53,100 nucleotides of DNA from an uncultured Oscillospiraceae bacterium (GCA_964439435.1 CAYTOF010000003.1:1-53100); one strand, 5' to 3'. Positions 39,282-49,087 are shown, counted from the first letter of the stretch. A program made the numbers and translations. Notes: generated by a model not told the origin, from the letters alone.

Positions 39282-39812
39282 CTAATCAAAAGTCTTCTTA
39301 TTAATATAAATCGATTTGCAATTTTGTATATTCCCAATAATTTCGGCACAGTGAATATCGCCGTCGCAGTTTATATCACCTTCAATATTCCCACAATTCA
39401 CACCACCGCTTGCTTCCAATCCACCGGAAATGTTTCCTTCAATATCAGCGCTCCCCCAAATCTCCACAGGTCCGCTGATTGTATCTTCAGCTTTGAGCAG
39501 AATTTTAACGGAGGGATCATATAAATCTCGGGTTATGAGCCGTTGTCCCTTGTATTGTACAATGCGCTTCGTTTCATCATTTGGAAGCTCGGTGTTACAA
39601 GCAGCACTTGACGGATTTGAGCCGGTCAGCAGATAATCTATTGTCACATTAAAATAGTTTGCAAGCGTGGGGAGCAATTCGATATCGGGGCAAGACATTT
39701 CACATTCCCATTTGCTAACAGCCTGGACACTGACACCGCACAACTCTGCAAGTTTTTCTTGATTTACCCCTTTTTCTTTGCGTAATTGCTTTACTACATT
39801 GCCAAACTCCAT
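39282..39812 (-). CDS. XRE-family HTH regulator with a Gly/Ile/Asn-rich C-terminal repeat domain
   Basis: LRKEKGVNQEKLAELCGVSVQAVSKWE; C-terminus IEGNISGG..IEGDINCDGDI. Confidence 0.85.
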   Translation of the reverse strand: MEFGNVVKQLRKEKGVNQEKLAELCGVSVQAVSKWECEMSCPDIELLPTLANYFNVTIDYLLTGSNPSSAACNTELPNDETKRIVQYKGQRLITRDLYDPSVKILLKAEDTISGPVEIWGSADIEGNISGGLEASGGVNCGNIEGDINCDGDIHCAEIIGNIQNCKSIYINKKTFD

Positions 39813-39888
39813 ATCTGCACTTCCTTTATCATGTTATATTTATAGTATAATATAACGACAGCTTGAGCTCCAGATACTATTGGTGGAA

Positions 39889-39913
39889 TAATATCAACCG
39901 TTGGTTGATATTA
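39889..39913. promoter_or_regulatory. palindromic operator upstream of the XRE gene
   Basis: taatatcaacc-gtt-ggttgatatta, perfect 11-bp arms. Confidence 0.7.
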
Positions 39914-40034
39914 CAGATTTACTATAGCTAAATATTTCTAAAGCAATTTTGATTTTAGAAATATTTTATCTATTTTTGAGAGACCAACAAAAAGAGGCAG
40001 GCGTTTTTCGGGAGTTGTGCTTGTAATTATGGAA

Positions 40035-40571
40035 TCACTTGATATCATTGTCTAAAAATACTTTTGATCCGGTAGCGCCTTTTTGACCTTGGTATTTTCC
40101 ACAGTATGGATATAAGGCAGTATCATCCATTTTGGCAAAAACAAGTTGCCCCACTCTTCTGCCGGATTTCAATTCTATAGCGCATCGATTTGCATTGTAA
40201 AGTTCAAGAGTGATTTCGCCTTTAAACCCCGGGTCTACCCATCCGGCATTTTGTATAAATAAACCCATTCTGCCAAGTGAACTTCTTCCCTCCACAAAAG
40301 CTGTCAAATAGTTTGGCAAATCGAAGTATTCCATTGTTGTTGCCAGCACAAATTGATTTGGCAAAAGTATAAAAGTATTGCTCGTAATCGTTTTGTATTT
40401 AATTTCATTTTCTAAGTCAATAATTCCTGTTGGAGAATCTTCAACAATGCTAAAAGTGCTCCCTAAACGAATATCAACGCTTGCAGGTTGAATCTGTGTT
40501 TTTTCTAATGGTTCAATAATCAGTGATTTTTCCTCTAACATTTTTAGAAGTGTCTTGTCTGACAATATCAT
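40035..40571 (-). CDS. dcd: dCTP deaminase
   Basis: [37 protein letters not shown]. Confidence 0.93.
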   Translation of the reverse strand: MILSDKTLLKMLEEKSLIIEPLEKTQIQPASVDIRLGSTFSIVEDSPTGIIDLENEIKYKTITSNTFILLPNQFVLATTMEYFDLPNYLTAFVEGRSSLGRMGLFIQNAGWVDPGFKGEITLELYNANRCAIELKSGRRVGQLVFAKMDDTALYPYCGKYQGQKGATGSKVFLDNDIK

Positions 40572-40888
40572 TATAAAGATCTCCTTCTCCTAATATAAAA
40601 ATCAATGATTAAATAATATCACAAAAGACTATTCGTTTCCACTATAATGCAGAGCAATTTCTTGACAGCTCCAGCGACTCTGCAACCACAGAAAGTTGAC
40701 TCCTATTCTGTGGATTTACCTTGTCTGTGCAAGGTAAATAACCGCTGATGTGGTAGCAGTTATATCCCGTTATCGCTCCTTTGGATATTTCTTGCCATTG
40801 TCGGCAAAAAACGCAGTTGTTTGCCGTATATTATTGAATTCTTGCCGCTAATATATTATACTGCATTTGTTGCAGAGGTGGCATATTA

Positions 40889-41382
40889 ATGTTTATCGGT
40901 TGCGAAACTGCAACACAAATGGAAGCTGTTAAAACGGACTGTGAGAAACTACTGTACTGCCGGAAAATTACCGGCGGCATATATCATAAGGTTCAAGTCG
41001 AACTGACCCATAATTCTAACCGCATCGAGAGAAGTCGCCCAATACACGACCAGGTCCACTGCATTTATGAAATGAATATCATCAGCGCAGACAAAGCGAT
41101 AAACGTTGACGATATCTTGGAAACTGCGAATCACTAAAATGCATCGATATGGCAATTGAGTCGGCAAACCAACCTCCCGGTGAACCCTTTATCAAACAGC
41201 TTCACATAACTCTGAATAACGGCACCGGCGATTCACAAAACATCCGGTTTGCCGCCGGTGATTATAAAAATCTTCCAATGAAGTCGGCGGCAAGGACACC
41301 ACACCTCCCGAAAAAGAAAAAAACAGATTCAGCACAAGATAAGTTCAAGAAGCATCTGGACTGTTTTTTAGATCGAATATGA
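40889..41382 (+). pseudogene. decayed HTH-Fic family gene
   Basis: HTH remnant LSVAKLQHKW..TVRNYC in an alternate frame, GGIYHKVQVELTHNSNRIE, VDDILETANH*, GDYKNLP, AQDKFKKHLD; catalytic HPFxDGNGR absent. Confidence 0.75.
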
Positions 41383-41414
41383 GGAATAAACAGAAATTTT
41401 TGGAGGATATTAGA

Positions 41415-41894
41415 ATGAAAATGAGAAGAACGGACAGAGAAATAAATGATGATAAAATGATAGATGATATTATATGTAAAAGTAAAATATGTAGAATTGG
41501 TTTTAACGACAATGGTGTAGCGTATATTGTTCCAATGAATTTTGGATATGTGAATGAAGATGGAAAGAGAGTTTTTTATTTTCACAGTGCAAAAGTCGGC
41601 AGAAAAGTTGAGTTGATCAAATCAAAGGCCGTTGTAGGTTTTGAGTTGGATACATCCTATGAATTATGGGAGGCTGATATTGCCTGTGATTTTTCGGCCG
41701 GATATCAAAGTGTAATAGGCACCGGGGAAATCAGTGTTGTTGAAGATGTCGATATAAAAGAAAAAGCCTTAACTGAGATAATGGCAACCAACACAGGCAA
41801 AAGAGGGTGGAGCTTCCCTCCGCAAATGATAAATGAAGTTGCTATATTCAAGTTGGAAGTAATAAGTCTTTCTTGCAAAGAACATGTAAGATAA
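41415..41894 (+). CDS. pyridoxamine 5'-phosphate oxidase-like flavin-binding protein (NimA/NimC-like)
   Basis: MRRTDREI, YIVPMNFGY, YFHSAKVGRK, YQSVIGTG; RBS ggagg. Confidence 0.85.
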   Translation: MKMRRTDREINDDKMIDDIICKSKICRIGFNDNGVAYIVPMNFGYVNEDGKRVFYFHSAKVGRKVELIKSKAVVGFELDTSYELWEADIACDFSAGYQSVIGTGEISVVEDVDIKEKALTEIMATNTGKRGWSFPPQMINEVAIFKLEVISLSCKEHVR

Positions 41895-42144
41895 ATTCCT
41901 GTTTTAATGTAAAAAGGATTGTCAAATTATGTTAACAGTCTTTTTAATGGAAGCGCGCTGCGAACCCGGTCGCCATGCCAAAGGCAAACAATGCCGGAAT
42001 CGACAATTCAGATGATATCCATATGGCATGGCTGCCAGTTCTTTCAGTGGACAGCAAGGATGTCACCACTGAGATCGTCTATGTAAAAAAATCCACCATG
42101 AAAAAGATATGGCTGAGGGATTGATTCATATTACTCCTTTACCC

Positions 42145-42173
42145 TTGACAAAGACGTTTTCCTTGACTATAAT
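42145..42173 (+). promoter_or_regulatory. perfect consensus sigma-A promoter
   Basis: TTGACA-17-TATAAT. Confidence 0.8.
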
Positions 42174-42210
42174 GTAATCACATTCCACAATAGTCGATTG
42201 GAGCTATTTT

Positions 42211-43440
42211 ATGTATTATACAAGGCATATAGAAACAGTTATCAAACGTATCGCAAAACGCAAACCTGTTATTGTGTTGACCGGTGCACGGCAAGTTGGA
42301 AAGTCAACAATGTTGAAGAAAGTTTTTGATGGCATAAATTACACAACATTAAACAGTCCTTTGGTACGGCAAAGTGCCAAGGATAATCCTTCGCTTTTTT
42401 TCGAGATAAATAAACCGCCTGTTATTGTAGACAAAATTCAAAAAGCAGCGGAACTATTTGATTATATCAAGGATGTTGTGGATGAAGACAAATCAAAAGG
42501 GCAATTCTACCTCACCGGATCTCAAAGCATCAAGTTAATGAAAAATGTAAGTGAAAGCTTGGTCGGCAGAGCCGGAGTAATAAAAATGCTTGGAATTTCA
42601 ATGAGGGAGCTTAATTCTATTAGATGCAACAAACCTTTTATTCCAACTGATGAATATATTGAAGCTATGGAGTCAGAAAACCCAAAATTTGATTATACAG
42701 CAATAACAGAATGTATTCATAAAGGGTATTTCCCGGAATTACATGAAACAGAAAGCGACTTAAAAGACTGGAATGATTTTTATAGTTCATATTTTCAAAC
42801 TTATATTGAAAAAGATATAAAAGATGTACTAAACATTCAGGATGAATCAGCATTTATTAAGTTTGTAAAAGCAGTGGCTTCTCTATCGGGTGAAATGCTC
42901 AACTTAAAAACAATTAGTGAAATTTGCGGTAAAGATTCCAAAACAGTAAAATCATGGCTATCCGTTTTAGAATCCAGTGGCTTAGTTTATTTTCTTGAGC
43001 CATATTATAATAGTTTTAACAAGCGCCTTATTAAAACTCCAAAAATGTATTTCCTTGATACCGGGCTGGCGTGCTGGCTGCTTGGCTGGAATACACCACA
43101 GCAACTTACAAGCGGTGCCATGTGGGGGCATATGTTTGAAAGTTTTGTTTTTACCGAAATACTCAAAAGTTATTATAACGATGGCATTGTAAAACCTCCG
43201 CTTTATTATTATCGAGATAAAGATAAAAATGAAATTGATTTGCTTATTGAGGATGGCGGCACTTTGTATCCGGTGGAAACTAAAACATCAAGCGATCCGA
43301 AAAAATCAATGATTAGTGCGTTTGGATGCATTAAAAACATACCCGGTAAAAACATCGGGAAAGGAGCGATAGTTTGTCTTGCGAAAGAACGTCTCCCACT
43401 TACCGAGAATGTATGGATAATGCCTGTAAATTTGATATAG
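42211..43440 (+). CDS. AAA_14 ATPase with DUF4143 domain (Walker B Glu replaced by Lys)
   Basis: GARQVGKST, IVDKIQ, LTGSQ, KTPKMYFLDTGL, EIDLL..VETK. Confidence 0.88.
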   Translation: MYYTRHIETVIKRIAKRKPVIVLTGARQVGKSTMLKKVFDGINYTTLNSPLVRQSAKDNPSLFFEINKPPVIVDKIQKAAELFDYIKDVVDEDKSKGQFYLTGSQSIKLMKNVSESLVGRAGVIKMLGISMRELNSIRCNKPFIPTDEYIEAMESENPKFDYTAITECIHKGYFPELHETESDLKDWNDFYSSYFQTYIEKDIKDVLNIQDESAFIKFVKAVASLSGEMLNLKTISEICGKDSKTVKSWLSVLESSGLVYFLEPYYNSFNKRLIKTPKMYFLDTGLACWLLGWNTPQQLTSGAMWGHMFESFVFTEILKSYYNDGIVKPPLYYYRDKDKNEIDLLIEDGGTLYPVETKTSSDPKKSMISAFGCIKNIPGKNIGKGAIVCLAKERLPLTENVWIMPVNLI

Positions 43441-43529
43441 AGCAAGTTTATTTAATGTGTTTAATTCCCCTTGCGTTTTAAGTGATTATTAATTAAAAAT
43501 ACAACACTAATCCCACGAGCACATTTTCA

Positions 43530-43574
43530 TGTCAGCATCAATTATTCGAAAATCTCGAACAACTGATGCTGACA
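43530..43574. repeat. terminator-like inverted repeat
   Basis: tgtcagcatca..ttcga-aaatc-tcgaa..tgatgctgaca. Confidence 0.55.
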
Positions 43575-43635
43575 AATTTTTATTCAACTTATAATAGTGT
43601 ACGGACATTTCTTTCAAGGCAATTCTGCAATTTGC

Positions 43636-43872
43636 TTATTTACCTTTCCTATCGGCTATTCTTAATTTCAGTTGTGTAGCACAGCTAACCAATTGCGGAT
43701 TTTCTTTTTTAAGTTTTCCTTGAAATATTTTCAATAGTTTCGATTTTTCGCATAGTCTGTTTCATCTCGCAAAAATCCGACAATGTCAAGGAAGAAAACC
43801 ACCGCTTGGAGTTTTCATCATCCTAAACACCCTCTACTTCACGACAGTCAAAAAAACGAATCGATATTTCAT
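43636..43872 (-). pseudogene. remnant of the N-terminal domain of a Fic-associated protein
   Basis: manual translation across frames: SIRFFDCREVEGV*DDENSKRWFS / LDIVG..DYAKNRNY*KYFK / PQLVSCATQLKL. Confidence 0.6.
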
Positions 43873-44030
43873 CCGTTATTATAGTACCTCTCGATTGAAG
43901 GCACTTACCTATTCATAAAATGCACCGCACCAGATTTCAAAGCAATGCAAATTATATTTCAATTCTTGCGCACACCTTCTTTTAACATAAAACAATGCCC
44001 CGCCGAAGCAGGACAAGGAAATGGATGTAC

Positions 44031-45130
44031 TTATAAATATTTTTTGTACGGCTCATATTGACGTAAAATATCGTCGTATTCACTTGGCAAGCTTTTACCC
44101 TCAACAAACTTTAAAAACTCCTCCACTTCATATGCAACACGATTCAACCAGGTTGACTCACTTGCTTTCAACATATCTTCGCAATCGTCTTTGACAAGGA
44201 GCGACGAATGTTTATATTCTTTCGGTAAATCATCGTATCGTTTGCTGAAATCCAACCCTTTTTTGAGATACTTAAGCCCGTTTTTATGGTTGTCTAGGTC
44301 AAAATAAAGCTGAGCCAGCAAACAGCTAATATGTCCGACATGATAAAGTGAAAATCCATAATCTCCATCTTCATATACCATATCAAGCAAAGCTATACAC
44401 TTATCATAAGCGCTTATTTTTTCATACACGCTTTTCGCCGCGAATGTTCCGAAATTCCGTATTTTGTTTACGAGATGCTCGGTTGTAGATTGAATATTTT
44501 TTTAATATATTCAATATACTTATCCTTATCACTTCTTGCGTATAATTGCTCAAATTGTTCCGAGCTTACATCGTAAATGCTTTCCGGAAATTGTTCGCAT
44601 ATTTCCTTTGCCTTGTCGGTCAAGCCGTCATTGATATACAATGATCCAATAATATTCATCGCAGAATATCTGATTTTTTGAACAGTACAGCCATCAAGAA
44701 TATTATTGTACAGCTTGTAAAGCTCGTCCTTGTGTACGCCTTCTCCGAAAGGCTCTTCCATGTAGCTTGGATCATAAAACAGTTCCCAGATATATTTTTC
44801 GACAACACGAAAATCATTCGGAAATTTGTTGTATGTTTCCTCGGTCAGTTTAAATTGCTCCATGCGTTTACCCTTATTGCCAAGCTCGGTGTATTCGACA
44901 AGGAAGCACGCAATCGTTTCTTCTTTTTTTGCGCTGTCAATTCCGAGCAGCACATCGGAACTGACTTCAAAAATATTTGCAAGCAACGGGAGTTGGGATA
45001 TATCCGGCGCAGTTCTGTCGCATTCCCATTGAGAAATCGCTCGAGATGTAATGCCGAGATAATCGGCAAGTTGTTCCTGAGTGATATTGCGGTCACGGCG
45101 AAGTTTCTTGATTGTTGTTCCTATAGACAT
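44031..45130 (-). pseudogene. XRE HTH + helical (TPR-like) regulator split by a frameshift in an A7 run
   Basis: ORFs 44468..45130 and 44031..44429 join into 366 aa if the T7 run at 44497-44503 gains one base. Confidence 0.8.
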
Positions 45131-45320
45131 AATTGCTGCCTCCGATAGTATTATTCATCGTTTCTGTGATTACATTATATTGAATGGTATTGCGTAGTAC
45201 CACGAAGTGTTTGTGGAGTTCATGCAAAGCATCGCTATGATTATCATAGTTAGTATAACGCTAAAACAAAGTAATATCAAAATACTTAATGTTTATTAAT
45301 TCCTGTTGATAACATGAACA

Positions 45321-45420
45321 GTGTTATTGAAATCATTAATCGACCAATTGCCGTTCGACTATGATGGCACAATTGTATTCAAATTCAAAAACTATACGGA
45401 AGTTACATTACAATTTGTTT
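45321..45420 (+). pseudogene. possible C-terminal remnant of a site-specific recombinase next to the tmRNA 3' end
   Basis: LIDQLPFDYDGTIVFKFKNYTEVT resembles the tail of clostridial large serine recombinases (recalled pattern, not searched). Confidence 0.4.
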
Positions 45421-45606
45421 GTGTAACTGTCCCGAGAATCGCTATGGTTCGTTTCAAGTGTCCTACGAAAATGCTCAATGGAAACCACCCGCTATTGCAA
45501 CAAGACAAAAAACACAAAGCTCCAGTATGGCTTTTATCAATCATTTTGGGCAAAAGAAAAACCATCTGCTGACAAAATTTCTCTTATCAATAGATGGTTT
45601 GTGATT

Positions 45607-45955
45607 TGGTGGAGGCGATGGGAGTCGAACCCATGTCCGAAAACGCCTCATATAAGCTTTCTCCGGGCGCAGTCTGTCATTTAAAATTCCCTTCACACGG
45701 GCGGCGGCAGACAGCCTCCCGGTTACGGTAGCTTCATTTTACACAACGCGGGCAAAGCTTACCGCGTTTGCGTTCACCACTAGTCCACGCCCAAACCCGG
45801 TTCGTGGTCCTCCCGGGCCGGACGGCCGCCTTTATTTAGGCAGCAATAGGAAGTTCGTTGTTAGTTAATTTATATCTTTTACGGCTTTTAAAGAGGTACC
45901 GTACCTCTGCCCGCTTACCGATACTCAACATCCCCGTCGAAACCGTGACGCCCCC
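45607..45955 (-). ncRNA. ssrA: tmRNA
   Basis: 5' GGGGGCG pairs with 3' CGCCTCC-ACCA giving G3-U70; GGTTTCGAC; T-arm GGTTCGACTCC; tag frame ending ..NNELPIAA*; directly downstream of smpB. Confidence 0.97.
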
Positions 45956-46003
45956 ATATAAGCAACAACCCATAGGGTGTGTCGGTTTTAGCTTGCCCTC
46001 TTG

Positions 46004-46489
46004 TTAATCCAAGGATTCCTGTCGGCGACTTTTCATCGTCGTTTCCATTTCTCGTTTGGCATCTCGCTCCGCCGCAGCCTCTCGCTTGTCGTACAGTTTT
46101 TTGCCTTTACAAAGGCCTATCTCCAACTTGATTCTCCCTTTGCTGAGATACACGCGCAAAGGCACAATGGTCAGCCCTTCTCTTCTGACGGCTTGATGCA
46201 ACTTTAAAATCTCTCTTTTGTGCATGAGCAGCTTTCGATTGCGCATGGGATCCCGATTGAATATGTTTCCCTTTTCATACGGACTGACATGCATGCCGAT
46301 AACAAAAAGTTCTCCCTCTTTGACGGCACAAAAACTGTCTCTCAGGTTTATATTGCCGGCTCGAATAGATTTTACTTCAGTTCCCACAAGTTCAATTCCG
46401 GCTTCATAAGTCTCGAGAACTTGATAATCATGCCATGCTTTTCTGTTGCGAGCGATTTGTTTTACGCTTGACTTTGCAGACGAAGTCAC
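46004..46489 (-). CDS. smpB: SsrA-binding protein
   Basis: ARNRKAWHDY, EAGIELVGTEVKSIR, RKLLMHKREI, GKKLYDKR. Confidence 0.98.
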   Translation of the reverse strand: MTSSAKSSVKQIARNRKAWHDYQVLETYEAGIELVGTEVKSIRAGNINLRDSFCAVKEGELFVIGMHVSPYEKGNIFNRDPMRNRKLLMHKREILKLHQAVRREGLTIVPLRVYLSKGRIKLEIGLCKGKKLYDKREAAAERDAKREMETTMKSRRQESLD

Positions 46490-46698
46490 TAATTTTTCTC
46501 CTTAATATGATCAGAGCAGCAACATGTATTATACTTTATTTTATCAATTTTGTCAAATGAAATTGTTTTGTGTTCTGTAATTTTTAGCACTCCATTTAAT
46601 TTTTTTATCCTCTTTATGTATGATTTATTTTACTTTTGTGCTATAATAACCCCGCATGGATTTCTTTATCCGGCATATAATATACACGAGGTAGTATT

Positions 46699-47922
46699 AT
46701 GGATATCCTTCGCCTGCTGGAAACCTACAACCAGACACACCTTGCGCACTGCCTGCCCGAGCTTTCACCAAGTGCTAAAAAGGAGTATCTGCGCACTTTG
46801 AGCACCATAGATTACGCCTTGCTTTCAAAACTTTATAAAAATGCTCATCTTAAAGATGAGGAAAAGGCAAGGCCCGATGATGTTCGACCCATCAAAGCCC
46901 TTGACCCGAGCGTAACGGAGTCGGCAAAATACATTGCCGCCGGCATGGCTCTGATTGCCCAAAACAAATGCGTTGCCATCACCATGGCGGGCGGACAGGG
47001 CACAAGGCTTGGTTTTGCAGGGCCAAAGGGCTGTTTTGACATCGGAATCGGCAAATCTCTTTTTGAGCTGCAGTGCACACGACTGAAACAGCTCTCCGAA
47101 AAAGCAGAGACAAATATCCCTTGGTATATTATGACAAGCGATGAAAACCACAGCGAAACCCTCTCGCATTTTAAAACAAACAATTATTTTGGCTATAATA
47201 CGGGACATATCATGTTCTTCAAACAGGGTATGCTTCCGATGCTTGACAAAGACGGGAAAATTGCGATGCTGTCACCGTGCAACTTGGCCATGGGTCCCGA
47301 CGGCAACGGCGGTGTTTTTGCAGCCCTGCTGCAGTCGGGGGCACTTGCGGATATGCGGAAGCGCGGCGTGGAATATGCTTTTTTCTGCGGCATTGACAAC
47401 GCACTTGTCAAAATGTGCGATCCGCTCTTTATGGGCTTTGCCCATGAAAACGGATTTCTCTGTGCGAGCAAATCCATTTTAAAACGCCATCCCGATGAAA
47501 AAGTGGGGGTCTTTTGTAAGCGAAACGACAAACCCGGCATAATCGAATACTCCGAGCTGTCTCCCGATATGCGTTATGCCCAATCTGAAAACGGTGAGCT
47601 TGTCTATGCCGACTCCAACATTGTTGCCCACATAATAAAAACCGACAAGCTCAAAGAAATCTGTGATTTGGGCCTGCCATATCATGCGGCACTGAAGAGA
47701 GCCTCCCCTGCCGCAAAAGAGGGCGATGGCGGGAGTATGGCAGACGATTCCCTTCTATACAAGTTTGAGACATTTATATTTGACGCCTTTGCCCTTTTTG
47801 AAGATATGGGCGTCCTGCGAGTGAGGCGGGAGTACGAATTTGCACCGGTGAAAAACAAGAGCGGTGAAGACAGTCCGGAAACCGCACTCACCCTCTTGCT
47901 TGCAAGTAAAGAGCTTTTTTAG
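46699..47922 (+). CDS. UDP-N-acetylglucosamine pyrophosphorylase, eukaryote-type UAP/UDPGP family
   Basis: MAGGQGTRLG..PKG, PDGNGG, IDNAL, EYSE, KFETFIFD, EFAPVKN. Confidence 0.88.
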   Translation: MDILRLLETYNQTHLAHCLPELSPSAKKEYLRTLSTIDYALLSKLYKNAHLKDEEKARPDDVRPIKALDPSVTESAKYIAAGMALIAQNKCVAITMAGGQGTRLGFAGPKGCFDIGIGKSLFELQCTRLKQLSEKAETNIPWYIMTSDENHSETLSHFKTNNYFGYNTGHIMFFKQGMLPMLDKDGKIAMLSPCNLAMGPDGNGGVFAALLQSGALADMRKRGVEYAFFCGIDNALVKMCDPLFMGFAHENGFLCASKSILKRHPDEKVGVFCKRNDKPGIIEYSELSPDMRYAQSENGELVYADSNIVAHIIKTDKLKEICDLGLPYHAALKRASPAAKEGDGGSMADDSLLYKFETFIFDAFALFEDMGVLRVRREYEFAPVKNKSGEDSPETALTLLLASKELF

Positions 47923-47998
47923 CCCGCTGCCATAAAACCTATAAAAACAAAATATTTAAAACGGATGCGTTCCTTTTTGGGACCGCATCCGTTTGCAT

Positions 47999-48973
47999 CT
48001 ATTCTCTGTTTCTGCTGCGCCGTGACAGGTTCACAGCCATTGTGTAGTATATGGGTATGGTTAAAAACATCAACCATGTCAGATACCAATATGAAAAGAT
48101 CAAGCCTATGCCCAGATACAACAAAACCACCAGCACAGGATATGCAAAAATCATTGCCTTGCGTCTTCGTATCGCCCCTATCAGCGTATGGTAAAGGGGG
48201 ATTGTCAAAAACATCAGCCACCCAATTTTCCAACCGTCTTTCAACGTAAATCCCAGAATGAAAAAGATCAAAACCGCCAGCACGGGATATGCAAAGATCT
48301 GCGCTTTTCGTTTTCGCACAGCATCTATCAGTGAATAGTAGAGGGGGATCGTCAAAAACCAAAGCCACGAAACGCTCCAGCCGAGAGGCCCGAGCTCGCC
48401 CCACAGAATAAACGCACAAAAGGCAAGGATGGGAAAAGGCAGTGCTGCTTTCCAGGAAAAATCTCTGTGCATTCGGATTTTTCCTTTTCTAAACAAATGG
48501 CCCTCTTTGGGGACATCCTTCCAATCTATCTGAACATCATCATCTCCGTCATTTATATGGATGCCGCCTTTGCCTATGTGCACTTCGTCTTTGCCGTCTT
48601 TCACATATATGCCTTTTCGGCCGATGTGAACTCTTGTTTTTTCATCCCCCTGAGATACGGTTTCGTTGCCGGCAGAGTCTTCACTTTTACCCTCTTGAGT
48701 GTCGGCCTCTTGTGCTTTGACCTCCTTTTCAGCGTTTGTATCCTCTGAATCGACTTTGTCCCGCTCGTCCTCCGCACCTAAAAGCAAAGCGTCAAGGGAG
48801 ATATCATATAGCTTTGCCAGCGCAATGAGGTTGTCTGTGTCGGGAGAGGCCTCAGCTCGTTCCCACTTTGACACAGCTTGTCGGCTTATACCGATTTTGC
48901 CCGCCAGCTCTTCTTGAGAGAGATTGTTCTTTTTTCTAAGCTCCAGCAATCTGTTTGCTATCTCTATATTCAC
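47999..48973 (-). CDS. XRE-family HTH protein with an acidic linker and three tandem membrane repeats
   Basis: LRKKNNLSQEELAGKIGISRQAVSKWE; three copies of W..WLxFLTIPxY, two followed by IFAYPVL. Confidence 0.85.
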   Translation of the reverse strand: MNIEIANRLLELRKKNNLSQEELAGKIGISRQAVSKWERAEASPDTDNLIALAKLYDISLDALLLGAEDERDKVDSEDTNAEKEVKAQEADTQEGKSEDSAGNETVSQGDEKTRVHIGRKGIYVKDGKDEVHIGKGGIHINDGDDDVQIDWKDVPKEGHLFRKGKIRMHRDFSWKAALPFPILAFCAFILWGELGPLGWSVSWLWFLTIPLYYSLIDAVRKRKAQIFAYPVLAVLIFFILGFTLKDGWKIGWLMFLTIPLYHTLIGAIRRRKAMIFAYPVLVVLLYLGIGLIFSYWYLTWLMFLTIPIYYTMAVNLSRRSRNRE

Positions 48974-49062
48974 CTCGATTGCCCCCTCTATTGTTTTATA
49001 TCTCTATTCTATTCAATTCACCCTTGGTTGCACAAGCAAGTTTGGTTTTCATTTATGCATCT

Positions 49063-49087
49063 TTCCCGCAACTAGAGGTTGCGGGAA
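49063..49087. promoter_or_regulatory. palindrome between recN and the XRE gene (operator and/or terminator)
   Basis: ttcccgcaac-tagag-gttgcgggaa; second weaker site tcacc-ctt-ggttg at 49018-49030. Confidence 0.55.

Noticed and set aside
41950-42135. Minus-strand frame with a good RBS (aaaggag) interrupted by a stop
   Set aside because: Probably a gene remnant, but I could not assign it to any family.
45222-45299. 25-aa hydrophobic ORF divergent from the XRE-TPR gene (SHP-like pheromone?)
   Set aside because: RBS spacing is only 3 nt, there is no basic N-terminus or SHP-type ending, and the region is AT-rich enough for chance ORFs.
47919-48419. 166-aa alternative-frame ORF with internal repeats
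   Set aside because: It only reflects the DNA repeats of the overlapping XRE membrane gene.
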